From Nitrospirota bacterium (GTDB taxonomy: Bacteria; Nitrospirota; UBA9217), in the NCBI GenBank assembly GCA_029858565.1, contig JAOUEV010000029.1:1-42506 (forward strand): a stretch of 42,506 nucleotides of DNA, given 5' to 3'. Within the stretch, counting starts at the first letter, position 1. Each line of letters opens with the position of its first letter. The translations under genes were made by a program, and so were the position numbers. Under the pieces are notes generated by a model, which saw nothing but the letters and a program-made list of their open reading frames with translations, searched no databases and was not told the origin of the DNA. Positions 27,918 to 36,944 of this stretch are shown here, piece by piece.

Positions 27918-29858
27918 ATGCGAGAAGCGAATGCACGGGTATACAGGGCCCTTTGCTCTGTATACCTTTTTTTTGCTCTCTGCCTGACACTTTCCCCGGC
28001 GACCGCAGCTGCGGAGGCTGATTATCCCTCCACGCTTGTCGAAGCAGGGAGAGCTCTCCGGCTTGCTGACGAACGATACTGGAATATCCTGCTCCATTAC
28101 AAGAAAAGCGGTTCCGGAAGGGAAAGTCTGGTCGATGACCCCGTATTTTTCCTGTCGCCTGCGGGAAAGACCGATCCCGAGGCCGAACTTGAGGCGACCA
28201 TCAGCGGTCTTTTCCAGGGGCCGGAGCTTGGCGACGACCATCCCCGTTGCCGTTTTCCCGCCCGATCCGCCTGGCTCGTAGAGCAGCTGTCCATTGACGC
28301 GTCTCGCCTTACGCCGGTAGTCTGCGCGGCTTACGACGAGTCCATGCGGAACATCACGATGCGTTCAGCGGTCCTCGTGTTCCCTGCGGCCCACGGCAAT
28401 GGTCCGGCATCCATGTTCGGCCACACGCTCATCCGCATCGACAGCACTGTTCAGAGCGATCTCATGTCCTACGCGGTGAACTACGCGGCAAAGATGGAGG
28501 ATGACAGCGGGCCGGTCTATATATTCAAAGGGCTGTTTGGCTTCTACAAAGGGCACTACTCCATCCTGCCCTATTACGAGAAGGTCAAGGAGTACAGCGG
28601 TATCGAGCATCGCGACATATGGGAGTATCGTCTGAACCTGACCGAGGACGAGATACGTCGGATGGTGATGCATATCTGGGAGTTGCGGCAAACCTACTCG
28701 GATTACTATTTCTTTACGGAAAACTGTTCGTATAACCTGTTATTCCTTCTTGAGGCAGCCCGGCCCTCGCTTGATCTGACCGATCCTTATCGGAATCGTG
28801 CCCGCTTCTGGGTCATTCCCGGTGATACGATCCGGACGTTGACGGAGAACAATGCAGTGGCCAGCGTGAAGTATCGGCCATCCCTTGCGACAGGAATCGC
28901 CGTGCGGGCCCGCGCTCTGGTAGCTGACGAGCAGGTTCTGGCTGTCGCACTGGCTGAGGGAAGGATGAAGCCGGCGGAGATGGGTGGGCGGACATCCTCC
29001 CCCGAGCGGACAGCCCCGGTGCTCGATCTTGCGGCAGAGGTCCTCCAATACCGGTATTCGAAAAAAGAGCTGGACCGCGAGGTCTATCTTCAGCGATACC
29101 TCTCGGTCCTGCGTGCACGGAGCACTATTGCGGAGACAAGCAAGGACCTGTCCGCAATTGCTGAGCCGCCGACGCAGCCGGAACTGGGACACCGGGCCGC
29201 CCGGCTGGCGATGGGGGCCGGCTGGCGGTCGACGAACGAACGAAGATGGTTCGCGGATCTCTCAGTGCGTCCGGCATATCACGATCTCATGGACCCTGAT
29301 GACGGGTATGTGGAGGGCGCGCAGATCAACTTCTTTGACCTGGGAGCACGGTATGAACCGGACAAGGGCAGTCTGACGCTTCAGAAGATGCATATTGTTG
29401 ACATCCTGTCTCTAGCGCCTCGCGACCGCTTTTTTGCACCGGTCTCCTGGAAGTTTTCAACGGGACTAGATCGTGTCTTGATGAAGGACGGAAGCGAACG
29501 GCTGGTCTTTCGCGTCAATCCAGGAGGCGGCGCGGCTTATCGTTTCCCCGGCCGCGGTCTTATTTACGCTCTGTTCGAATCCGATGTCCAGTTGTCCAAC
29601 GTTTATGAGGACCGCATGTCGCTCGGGGTCGGACCTTCTGTCGGTCTGGACGTGGTTCCTTCCGGTCGATGGAAATCCAGCATCCAGGCGGCTGCTTTGG
29701 CTTATTTCCTGGGAGAGACGCACCGGATAGTGTCCGGCATATTCATGCAGAGCTGGATGATCGATGCCAACAATGTCATATCGCTGAAAGCGAAGCGGGA
29801 AAAAACGTTTCGACACTATGGGACGGAAGCCGTGTTGTCATGGAATTGGTATTTTTAG
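27918..29858 (+). CDS. DUF4105 (Lnb N-terminal-like) protein with C-terminal beta-barrel
   Basis: WNILLHY, CRFPAR, PASMFGHTLIRI, YSGIEHRDIWEYRLNL, YYFFTENCS and RPAYHDL. The C-terminus has amphipathic strands ending WNWYF. Confidence 0.85.
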   Translation: MREANARVYRALCSVYLFFALCLTLSPATAAAEADYPSTLVEAGRALRLADERYWNILLHYKKSGSGRESLVDDPVFFLSPAGKTDPEAELEATISGLFQGPELGDDHPRCRFPARSAWLVEQLSIDASRLTPVVCAAYDESMRNITMRSAVLVFPAAHGNGPASMFGHTLIRIDSTVQSDLMSYAVNYAAKMEDDSGPVYIFKGLFGFYKGHYSILPYYEKVKEYSGIEHRDIWEYRLNLTEDEIRRMVMHIWELRQTYSDYYFFTENCSYNLLFLLEAARPSLDLTDPYRNRARFWVIPGDTIRTLTENNAVASVKYRPSLATGIAVRARALVADEQVLAVALAEGRMKPAEMGGRTSSPERTAPVLDLAAEVLQYRYSKKELDREVYLQRYLSVLRARSTIAETSKDLSAIAEPPTQPELGHRAARLAMGAGWRSTNERRWFADLSVRPAYHDLMDPDDGYVEGAQINFFDLGARYEPDKGSLTLQKMHIVDILSLAPRDRFFAPVSWKFSTGLDRVLMKDGSERLVFRVNPGGGAAYRFPGRGLIYALFESDVQLSNVYEDRMSLGVGPSVGLDVVPSGRWKSSIQAAALAYFLGETHRIVSGIFMQSWMIDANNVISLKAKREKTFRHYGTEAVLSWNWYF

Positions 29859-29896
29859 GAAGGGGAACTGATGACAGGAAAATGGGAAGACCGGGG

Positions 29897-29932
29897 AAAA
29901 AACCCTTGTGACACCGTGGTCACAGGGGTTTT
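29897..29932. terminator. Bidirectional terminator between convergent genes
   Basis: AAAAAACCCTTGTGAC-accgtg-GTCACAGGGGTTTT. Confidence 0.8.
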
Positions 29933-29938
29933 AGCGTT

Positions 29939-31309
29939 TTATTCGTCCGATTTCCCGTTCCCCTGATACAGCTGGGGCGTCTGCTCGTTATTGAAGATCT
30001 TGCGGGAGATGCGCGAGACCTGGGGTTTCAAATAGCTGAACAGGTCTTTCACGTTCAGACTCCCGTTCTGTCCCACCACATCCTCCTCTTTTATTCCTTT
30101 CAGGAGAAAATAGGTGAAGAGACCATGGCCCTTGTCGTCATAGCTGGAGCTTATCTGGTCGCCTGACGAGGCTGAGAGCACGACCACGCTCTTTGCCAGC
30201 GGCGCCGTGGTCTTCAGGTTCATTACCAGCGGTCGGGAACCTTTTGCCAGGACCGACCGGCCGCCTGCTCCGGAGAAGCAGGAGTCGAGCGCCACGATCG
30301 TTTCCTTGTTCTGCAGCTTATTGAGAACGTCATACATCCTTTTCAGGGAGTACCCTGTCTGTTTGATGAAGGTCGGGTCCCCGTCGTAGGGAACCAGATA
30401 CGCGCTGCCGGACTTTGGATCAGGCGCTCCGTGGCCGGAATAATAGATGAACACCGAGCTCTGGGGCTCCACGTTGTTCGTGAGCCACTGCTCGAAATAT
30501 TTTTCCATGTCGCTTTTAAGCGCCCGATCGTTGATCAGGGTGATCACGTTCTCTTCGGGATATCCCAGGACATTGATCAGGTAGCCCGCCATGGTCTGGG
30601 CGTCATTGGCCGCGAAGTCTGCGCGCGGGAGCTTCTGGCGATACTCCTCGATGCCGATCACGATGGCGTACGCGTCTTTCCTCTTCTTCACCTGGACCTG
30701 GGGGATCTGGTCGACATCCGATATCCCTCCGCGAGCAGCAGCGGGCGCATGTTCGCCGCGGTCAGCAACAGAATCGCGGGAGGACGCGGAGGCCGGGGCG
30801 TTCGCGCGTGCCATGCGGGCAATAGATGCAAAGGAGGGGTTTTCCAGCAGCTTTGATGCAAGCGCTTCTGCCGCGGTTTTCGCGTACTGCGAGCCCTCGG
30901 GCCCGTAAGTTTTGAAGTTTCCTCCGCGCCCTTGTTCTGTGTAATCAACCGTGAGTAATATCTGCTCGTTTTGCATCAACGCAAGAGACGTTTTGTTGAA
31001 AACAACCCAGGCATTTACGAAAATCGTGTGGACTTCGGTTTCCGTGCTAAAGCGGATTTCAATGTCGTACGGCACGCTAGAGGAATTGACGACCTTGAGG
31101 CCTTTTTTTAGAAGGATTTTTCGTAGCTCATAGTTGAGGTCATATCCCAACTGGCCGACAATACTTCCTCCGTCTCCCTTGATGTCGATGTGTTCGGAAA
31201 GGAAGAATGTAGTATCAGGTGATGCCGCAAAGCAGGGCGTCGCAATACAGATAAACAAGAAAACAACAGCCAAGGTTATCCGGCAGGATCTGACGAAATG
31301 GATGGTCAT
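29939..31309 (-). CDS. Exported caspase-family (peptidase C14) protein
   Basis: Signal peptide, AIVIGIEEY, FAANDA, YYSGHG (His), LDSCFSG (Cys), GHGLFTYFLLKG and EQTPQ. Confidence 0.9.
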   Translation of the reverse strand: MTIHFVRSCRITLAVVFLFICIATPCFAASPDTTFFLSEHIDIKGDGGSIVGQLGYDLNYELRKILLKKGLKVVNSSSVPYDIEIRFSTETEVHTIFVNAWVVFNKTSLALMQNEQILLTVDYTEQGRGGNFKTYGPEGSQYAKTAAEALASKLLENPSFASIARMARANAPASASSRDSVADRGEHAPAAARGGISDVDQIPQVQVKKRKDAYAIVIGIEEYRQKLPRADFAANDAQTMAGYLINVLGYPEENVITLINDRALKSDMEKYFEQWLTNNVEPQSSVFIYYSGHGAPDPKSGSAYLVPYDGDPTFIKQTGYSLKRMYDVLNKLQNKETIVALDSCFSGAGGRSVLAKGSRPLVMNLKTTAPLAKSVVVLSASSGDQISSSYDDKGHGLFTYFLLKGIKEEDVVGQNGSLNVKDLFSYLKPQVSRISRKIFNNEQTPQLYQGNGKSDE

Positions 31310-31343
31310 TGTGGCTTATCCCCATGCTAAAAGTGAGGTAATA

Positions 31344-31387
31344 AACAAGGGGAAACCGTCCGTTAATCGGAGCTGTTTCCCCTTGTT
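31344..31387 (-). terminator. Hairpin, possible terminator or attenuator between lipoprotein and caspase genes
   Basis: 13-bp stem AACAAGGGGAAAC/GTTTCCCCTTGTT with a short T-rich tail on the minus strand. Confidence 0.55.
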
Positions 31388-31433
31388 ATTGCTACAATTC
31401 ACGGTAATGAGAATTCGGCGAGATCCAGGCTGA

Positions 31434-31961
31434 TCAATTGACCTTTACATCGATCTTTGCTTCAGCCGATTTTTCGCTCGATTGCTTCAGGGTTTTGATC
31501 GTGCCCTTATAGCCGGTGACGGTGACGTTAAGCGTTTTGAATATAATGAAATCATTCAACTCGGTAATATATCGCGGAGCAACGATGATATCTGCACGGG
31601 ACCGGCTTACAGCATCATAGGCCGCTGCATCCCTGACCGTTCCTTCATGTCCCGTCGTCGCTTCTTTTAACGCTGCAAACAAGCCGGTGTCGCTTCCCGC
31701 AGCACCGGTGGCGCCGTAACTCACACCGTCTGCGAACTTGTCGGGCATAAGCAAACCTTTAGGTGCGATACAGAAGCAGAGAACTGTACCCGAGGCTGTA
31801 CCTGATATTTTCTCGCCTACTTCAATTTCTGCCTTGATATGGACAGGATCTACACTCGTGCCACCCCACGGACCGCTGAACTGACTCTGATGGGTGCTGG
31901 TACAACCGCTTGCGATTACGAGCATAATGAACATTCCGAAGATAATAGACCGAGTCTTCAT
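31434..31961 (-). CDS. Small lipoprotein (TRL/YbjQ-like fold, tentative)
   Basis: GAGGGGG SD, lipobox ASGC, and AAAYDAV...ADIIVAPRY...VTVTGYKG. Confidence 0.7.
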   Translation of the reverse strand: MKTRSIIFGMFIMLVIASGCTSTHQSQFSGPWGGTSVDPVHIKAEIEVGEKISGTASGTVLCFCIAPKGLLMPDKFADGVSYGATGAAGSDTGLFAALKEATTGHEGTVRDAAAYDAVSRSRADIIVAPRYITELNDFIIFKTLNVTVTGYKGTIKTLKQSSEKSAEAKIDVKVN

Positions 31962-32007
31962 GATAATCCCCCTCTGTCAGAGAAATGTCCGAACCACTAG
32001 TTAGCGA

Positions 32008-32036
32008 AGAGTAATATAGAAAAGAGATTCTGTCAA
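32008..32036 (-). promoter_or_regulatory. Sigma70-type promoter with AT-rich upstream element
   Basis: Minus-strand TTGACA-17 nt-TACTCT, with an AT-rich tract at about 32037-32065. Confidence 0.6.
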
Positions 32037-32145
32037 TAAATTAAATTTAAAACATTTAAATAATGTCGCTGGTTGCTGTTATTTGAAACAATCATGGCCG
32101 TTGCCTGGGGGAGAATCTGGGTCCGTCGTGCCGGCCTGTTCCGGG

Positions 32146-32949
32146 TCAGTTCAGTTCCTTGGCCTTAATGTTGGGGATGGTGGGAGGTAGAAACAAGCTG
32201 GCAGGCAGCTCATGGTTTGCCATGTAGTCGCTCAAATAAATCACGCTTTTCGTTGCACCGCCCTCTCGTGCGCCGTAGATGACCTGTATTTCTCTCGGTA
32301 TCCAGAATCCTGCGAAGATTTCCGTGAACTGTTTTGCCGACGTGCGCAAAATTAGATGCTCTTCCGAATCAAATATCTCAGCTCGAAGCAGGGAGGTCTG
32401 AGCGGGATCGATGTAAATAATGTGTTTTGGATCGCTGTACTCCATCCTGATGGCGTTGTGTCCATCGAACATGACCTGGCTGACCTGAACCGGATTGTTA
32501 TGCAGGTCGGCGGCATTCTCTATGGTAAGTCCAGGAACGGCAACGGGGGCCAATACCTTGTTGATCAGTTGACTCTTTTCGAAAGGCGGGAGCTTTTTGA
32601 GGTGGATCTGCGACAAGGAGCGAGTCGCGGGAATGTACTCATAAAGGGAATCGTCGTTGACGAGCACGAGTCGCTCGGAAGGAACAAAATAATCAATCCG
32701 GATGCTGTTCGGCCTTCTGTAGCGAAAACGCCATTTTTCCTCGGTCTTGTGGTTCTTGTTCGTCGTGACACGTTTGACCGTGAAGGACAGGGTCTCCAGA
32801 GAGGCGAACTTCTTCACCAACTGTCCGATGATCTGGTCAGCAACCGTTGTTGCGGAGGCAGCTGCATGACTCGAAGTTGATATCAGCAGGATGGCCAGGA
32901 CGACGAGGCCTCTGATAGCATTCATGCATCGTGAACCCGTTCTTATCAT
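32146..32949 (-). CDS. LolA-like periplasmic carrier protein (paralogue B)
   Basis: AGGAG SD, signal peptide, FRYRRPNSIRIDY, VNDDSLYEYIP, GFWIPREI and LPASLF. Confidence 0.75.
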   Translation of the reverse strand: MIRTGSRCMNAIRGLVVLAILLISTSSHAAASATTVADQIIGQLVKKFASLETLSFTVKRVTTNKNHKTEEKWRFRYRRPNSIRIDYFVPSERLVLVNDDSLYEYIPATRSLSQIHLKKLPPFEKSQLINKVLAPVAVPGLTIENAADLHNNPVQVSQVMFDGHNAIRMEYSDPKHIIYIDPAQTSLLRAEIFDSEEHLILRTSAKQFTEIFAGFWIPREIQVIYGAREGGATKSVIYLSDYMANHELPASLFLPPTIPNIKAKELN

Positions 32950-33025
32950 GAAGCGCTCCTGTAAGTTGAGTAGCAGGAAGAAAGTGGCAAGGAACAACGG
33001 GGCTTCACCTTAATCCGTGGCTTTC

Positions 33026-34021
33026 CTAAAAGCTCATCTGGAATGCGGTGATGAAGCCGCCCGATGGCGCGGCGGAGATGCTGATGCGGTACTGTGAGTC
33101 GATCCGGTCAAAGTAGTGCTTGTCCGCCTGCCGGTTATAGGCGTGGGCGCCGCTTATGGCCGTAAAGATATTCCCTGAATACCAGCCAAGCTCGAAGAAC
33201 GCGAGGATGCCTGCTGCAACGTGGTTGCCATGATCGTTCGTTCTAACGGCGCCCCAGAGAAAGAGGCCGTTCAGAAGAAAAGAACCCAGCGCTTCCTTGG
33301 GACGTTCGATATACAGATGTCCCGCTCCGGGAACGATGGCCAGCGCTCCAGCCAGATAGGGCGACTTGCGCGGAATGTCGCCGGCGCGAAGTGCTTCTTC
33401 GGCGAGGCCGTTTCCCTGCTGAGCAAGCGGGGAGTCAGGCGGCAATTTCCTGAACTCTTCCGCTGCGCGGGCCGCGCTCCCCTGGCGAAGGTGGCACCAG
33501 CCAAGCCTGATATGCGCCGCGTCCACCCTGCCGCTATGCGGATAGGAGCGGAGAAAGGTCTCCCACCCGTCGATCGACGACTGGTACTCGCCTTTGCGAT
33601 AGTAGGTCTCGGCCAGCATGAACTGTGCCTGTTCTCCCAGGGGATCCGAGGGAAGGTCCATTACCAGGGTGCGGAAACGCTCGATGGCCTGCGTGTATTT
33701 CCCGCTCTGGAAGTATGAACGCGCGATCTGGAAACGGGCGGTCTTTGCCTCCGGTGTTCCCGGATGGAGGAACATGACGCGTTCGTATTCCGTGATGGCG
33801 CGATAGTAATCCCCCTGCGCGTACAGATGATCAGCAAAGGACAGCAGATCTCTGCCGGCGCTGTCCGAGCTCAGGGCCGGCATGGTTGTGGTGAGCAGCA
33901 TCAGTGCCGCGATGAGGCCGATGCGGATCCATCCTGTCGCAGGGCGACCGGATGCAGTGGGTCCCGGTTCCGGCGCGTGCGCGGAGGATGCTGAAAACTC
34001 TATCCTGGGTTGATTGTTCAT
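33026..34021 (-). CDS. TPR protein with C-terminal TM2/P13-like membrane domain (paralogue B)
   Basis: BamD/YbgF-like TPRs (DYYRAITEYER, AQFMLAETYY), KSPYLAGALAIVPGAGHLY, hydrophobic helices and a terminal ITAFQMSF. ATG overlaps the upstream TGA. Confidence 0.8.
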   Translation of the reverse strand: MNNQPRIEFSASSAHAPEPGPTASGRPATGWIRIGLIAALMLLTTTMPALSSDSAGRDLLSFADHLYAQGDYYRAITEYERVMFLHPGTPEAKTARFQIARSYFQSGKYTQAIERFRTLVMDLPSDPLGEQAQFMLAETYYRKGEYQSSIDGWETFLRSYPHSGRVDAAHIRLGWCHLRQGSAARAAEEFRKLPPDSPLAQQGNGLAEEALRAGDIPRKSPYLAGALAIVPGAGHLYIERPKEALGSFLLNGLFLWGAVRTNDHGNHVAAGILAFFELGWYSGNIFTAISGAHAYNRQADKHYFDRIDSQYRISISAAPSGGFITAFQMSF

Positions 34022-34572
34022 CGTGGTTGCTCCTCAGACAGGCCCTTCCATGCTTCATTATCAGGGTCCTTGCGCATCTCGTCCTTGATCTGTTCACGGG
34101 CTGTTGAACCCTCGAACCGGTCATGCACATAATCCCTGTCGATCCTGCCTGCTGCTTTGTAGGCTTGATAGGCGTCCTTGTACCGTTTTTGACGGAACAG
34201 CGAAACTGCGAGATTATAAGCGGCCTTTACGTACCGCGGTTCCAGCTCGAGCGCTTTCCGGAACAATGCTTCGGCCTTCTCGTACTCCTTGAGGCGCAAA
34301 TGGGTCGCTCCCAGATTGTTATGGGCAACTGCGTGGCGCGGATCGGTCTTGATGCAGCGGTTCAGCGCATCAATGGCGGCCGGCAGACGGTCCAATTTGT
34401 AATACGCAAAACCGAGTGCGTTCAAATAGTGAGGGTTGTCCGGGTCCTTCTGCAGCAGTGCGGTATTCCGGTCCACATCCAGGGTAAGCTGTTCCGAGGA
34501 CGGTTCCTGCGCCGCATGTGCAACAGAACAGCAGCGTGTCACTATGATGATAAACAAGAGAAAAGATCTCAT
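34018..34572 (-). CDS. Exported TPR protein
   Basis: Signal-like N-terminus MRSFLLFIIIV, YLNALGFAYY, AHNNLGATH and AAYNLAVSL. Confidence 0.85.
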   Translation of the reverse strand: MRSFLLFIIIVTRCCSVAHAAQEPSSEQLTLDVDRNTALLQKDPDNPHYLNALGFAYYKLDRLPAAIDALNRCIKTDPRHAVAHNNLGATHLRLKEYEKAEALFRKALELEPRYVKAAYNLAVSLFRQKRYKDAYQAYKAAGRIDRDYVHDRFEGSTAREQIKDEMRKDPDNEAWKGLSEEQPR

Positions 34573-34855
34573 ACGCTGAAGGTTTTCAGGGCGCCCCGGA
34601 GCAGGGGATGCCAAACAGGGCCGAGTTCGCTGAACAGACGTACAATAGAGCATGGGATTTGAATTGTCAACCCTTGAAAACCTTGTTTGCCTTTCTTTCG
34701 GGAGTCTGTTATAGTATGCCGACCAGAGCGGGAACCAAGATGTTGCTTGAAGACTTTCGTGTCGTATTTCCATCGGCGCGGTCTGGGTTTTCTCAACGTT
34801 ATTACAGGGTTTTTGTACTTGACAATATTCCGGGCCGATGCTACACATACACCAT

Positions 34856-35647
34856 ATGGGTAATAGACGTTTCGGGGCGGGATATGTCCTGCTTGCGGCG
34901 ACGGTTCTGGCTGTCGGAATGTTCACGGCGGGCATTTCCCGGGCCTCTGAACCTTCGGCAGGCGAGCTGTTCCGTGAGATCGAAGGGCGTTACGACCGAG
35001 TCTCCACCTTGTCATACAAAGTAAAACGGATTGTCGCATCAAAGACATCGAGTACCGAAGAACAGTGGAGTTTTCGCTATCGAAGCCCCGATCTGTTGCG
35101 AATCGACTATACAGTGCCTCATGACCGAGTGATAGTCGTCAACAATGAAGCTCTTTGGGAATATGTTCCCCGTGCTAAAAAAGCGGCCAAGACAGTTTTT
35201 GCCGCCATGCCAAGGGGAAAAAAAGAAAAGACCATTGCGCAGGTGATGGCGCATGTGACCGTGGACGGACTCCGGATCGGCAATTACGCCGAGATGGAGA
35301 AGAAAGCGGTCAAGGTCAAGACCGTCTCTTCGTCGGGCATATCTGCTTATCAGGTAGAGGGTGTCGATCCGCGGTATGTGATCACGATCGACCGCGAGAA
35401 AAAAGTTCTTCTGCGATCAGAGATCTATGATAAAAAGGGGGCGCTCGTGCTCAGGACCGAGGCGAGCCGTTTTGTTGAGGCAGGGCCGGGGTTCTGGATG
35501 CCTCGCGAGATCAAGGCAACCTATGCAACTGCCACAGGATTCGTCCAGAGCACGGTCCTCCTCTCCGATCAGCGTGCAGACGGTCCGGTAGAAGAAAAAG
35601 CGTTCAGCTTTGTTGTTCCACAGGGTGTGGAATTGATCAACTACTAA
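34856..35647 (+). CDS. LolA-like periplasmic carrier protein (paralogue A)
   Basis: Signal peptide, FRYRSPDLLRIDY, VNNEALWEYVP, GFWMPREI and FSFVVPQGVELI. TTGACA lies at 34819. Confidence 0.8.
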   Translation: MGNRRFGAGYVLLAATVLAVGMFTAGISRASEPSAGELFREIEGRYDRVSTLSYKVKRIVASKTSSTEEQWSFRYRSPDLLRIDYTVPHDRVIVVNNEALWEYVPRAKKAAKTVFAAMPRGKKEKTIAQVMAHVTVDGLRIGNYAEMEKKAVKVKTVSSSGISAYQVEGVDPRYVITIDREKKVLLRSEIYDKKGALVLRTEASRFVEAGPGFWMPREIKATYATATGFVQSTVLLSDQRADGPVEEKAFSFVVPQGVELINY

Positions 35648-35668
35648 AGAGAAGGAGGTGAACAGAGT

Positions 35669-35950
35669 ATGAAGAAGATCCTGGTGGTGATGGTAGCGGT
35701 GATGATGGTGATGACGTCGGTCCTGGCCGGTGCTGCGTTGGCAGCAGATGCGGGTGCTGCGGCGGTGCTTTCGTGCGCGATCCCGGGAGCGGGTGAGTGG
35801 TACAATGGGAATTTCAAGGGCAGCTTCCCGTGGCTGGAGTGTATCGCTGGCAAGATCTGCTTCTGCGTTGCGATAGCTTCGGTGTTCGACGCGGCGGCGG
35901 GCAAGTCTAGCGACTCAATGCGGATCGATTTCTGGTCAGCGCCCAAGTAA
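35669..35950 (+). CDS. Small exported hydrophobic Cys-containing protein with TM2-like motif
   Basis: Strong SD AAGGAGGT, signal peptide ending ALA, AAAVLSCAIPGAGEWYNG, four Cys, and its own terminator. Confidence 0.8.
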   Translation: MKKILVVMVAVMMVMTSVLAGAALAADAGAAAVLSCAIPGAGEWYNGNFKGSFPWLECIAGKICFCVAIASVFDAAAGKSSDSMRIDFWSAPK

Positions 35951-35980
35951 CCGGGCAGGTTTCATCAGTTCAGCATTTAT

Positions 35981-36021
35981 CCATGAGAGGATGGCATACC
36001 CATCCTCTCATGGTTTTTTTT
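35981..36021 (+). terminator. Rho-independent terminator
   Basis: 14-bp stem CCATGAGAGGATGG/CCATCCTCTCATGG followed by T8. Confidence 0.9.
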
Positions 36022-36032
36022 GGCTGGAACGG

Positions 36033-36944
36033 CTAGAATCGCATGGTAAAAGCGAGCGCGGCTGTCCGGTCATTGTCCAGCAAGAGCGAAAAACCATACT
36101 GGTTCGACAATCTCTCAAGATACCCCTGCTGCCGGTCCCTGTTGTATTTGTGAGCACTGCTTACCGCGCTGTACACATTTCCAAAATACCAGCCTGTTTC
36201 GAAAAAGAGCAGTACCCCGGCGGTCGTGTGGCTGTGGTTGTGCAGGGCTTCCGCTGTCGCCCATATGAAAACTCCATTCATCATGAACGAAAGCAGCGCG
36301 TCATATTTTCTGCCAACATAGAGCTGGCCTGCGCCGGGAAGGACCGCGGACAGTCCGCCTGCGAGGGCTGGTGATTTGGAGGGGACGGCGGGATAGGTTT
36401 TTGCTTCGGTTGAGAGCCACAGCGCCTGCTCCCGAAGGGGAGAAGAGACGGGAATGCTGTCGTATTGCATGGCAGCCCTGCGCCAGTCGCCTTGCCGTAG
36501 ATAGGACCAGCCGATCTGGATGCGCGTTGCGTCCGCTTCCGGGGCATCGGGGTGGTTCCGTAAAAAACGTTCGTAGCAGGCGATGGCCTGCGTGTAATCC
36601 TTCTTCTGGAAGTAGGCCTCGGCGATCCTGAGCAGAGCCTGCCTTCCCTGCTCGTCAGCCGGGTGCTTGTCCGCGAATTTCTCGAACAACCGGATCGCGT
36701 CGTCCAGCCTGTCGCCCATGTAATAGGACAATGCGATCTGGTATTGCGCGTACGCTGCCTGGCCGTGGTCCGGGAAGTGGAAGATGAATCGTTCATACTC
36801 CGTGATCGCCCGGAAGTAGTCTCGTTCAGCAAAAAGCTGGTCTGCGAAAGAGAGTGTGGCCTCGGCGGACCGGATGTCCGCATATCCCTTTGCAGGCGTT
36901 CCCAAAGCAAGGACGGCAAGAGTGATGAGGAGTAGCCGTTTCAT
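36033..36944 (-). CDS. TPR protein with C-terminal TM2/P13-like membrane domain (paralogue A)
   Basis: Signal peptide, DYFRAITEYER, KSPALAGGLSAVLPGAGQLYVG and a terminal ALAFTMRF. ATGA overlap with the yidD-like gene. Confidence 0.82.
   Translation of the reverse strand: MKRLLLITLAVLALGTPAKGYADIRSAEATLSFADQLFAERDYFRAITEYERFIFHFPDHGQAAYAQYQIALSYYMGDRLDDAIRLFEKFADKHPADEQGRQALLRIAEAYFQKKDYTQAIACYERFLRNHPDAPEADATRIQIGWSYLRQGDWRRAAMQYDSIPVSSPLREQALWLSTEAKTYPAVPSKSPALAGGLSAVLPGAGQLYVGRKYDALLSFMMNGVFIWATAEALHNHSHTTAGVLLFFETGWYFGNVYSAVSSAHKYNRDRQQGYLERLSNQYGFSLLLDNDRTAALAFTMRF

Noticed and set aside
34573-34935. Long N-terminal extension of the TPR ORF 34018-34935
   Set aside because: It spans the divergent promoter region and overlaps LolA-like A. 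A signal-like start at 34572 is more plausible.
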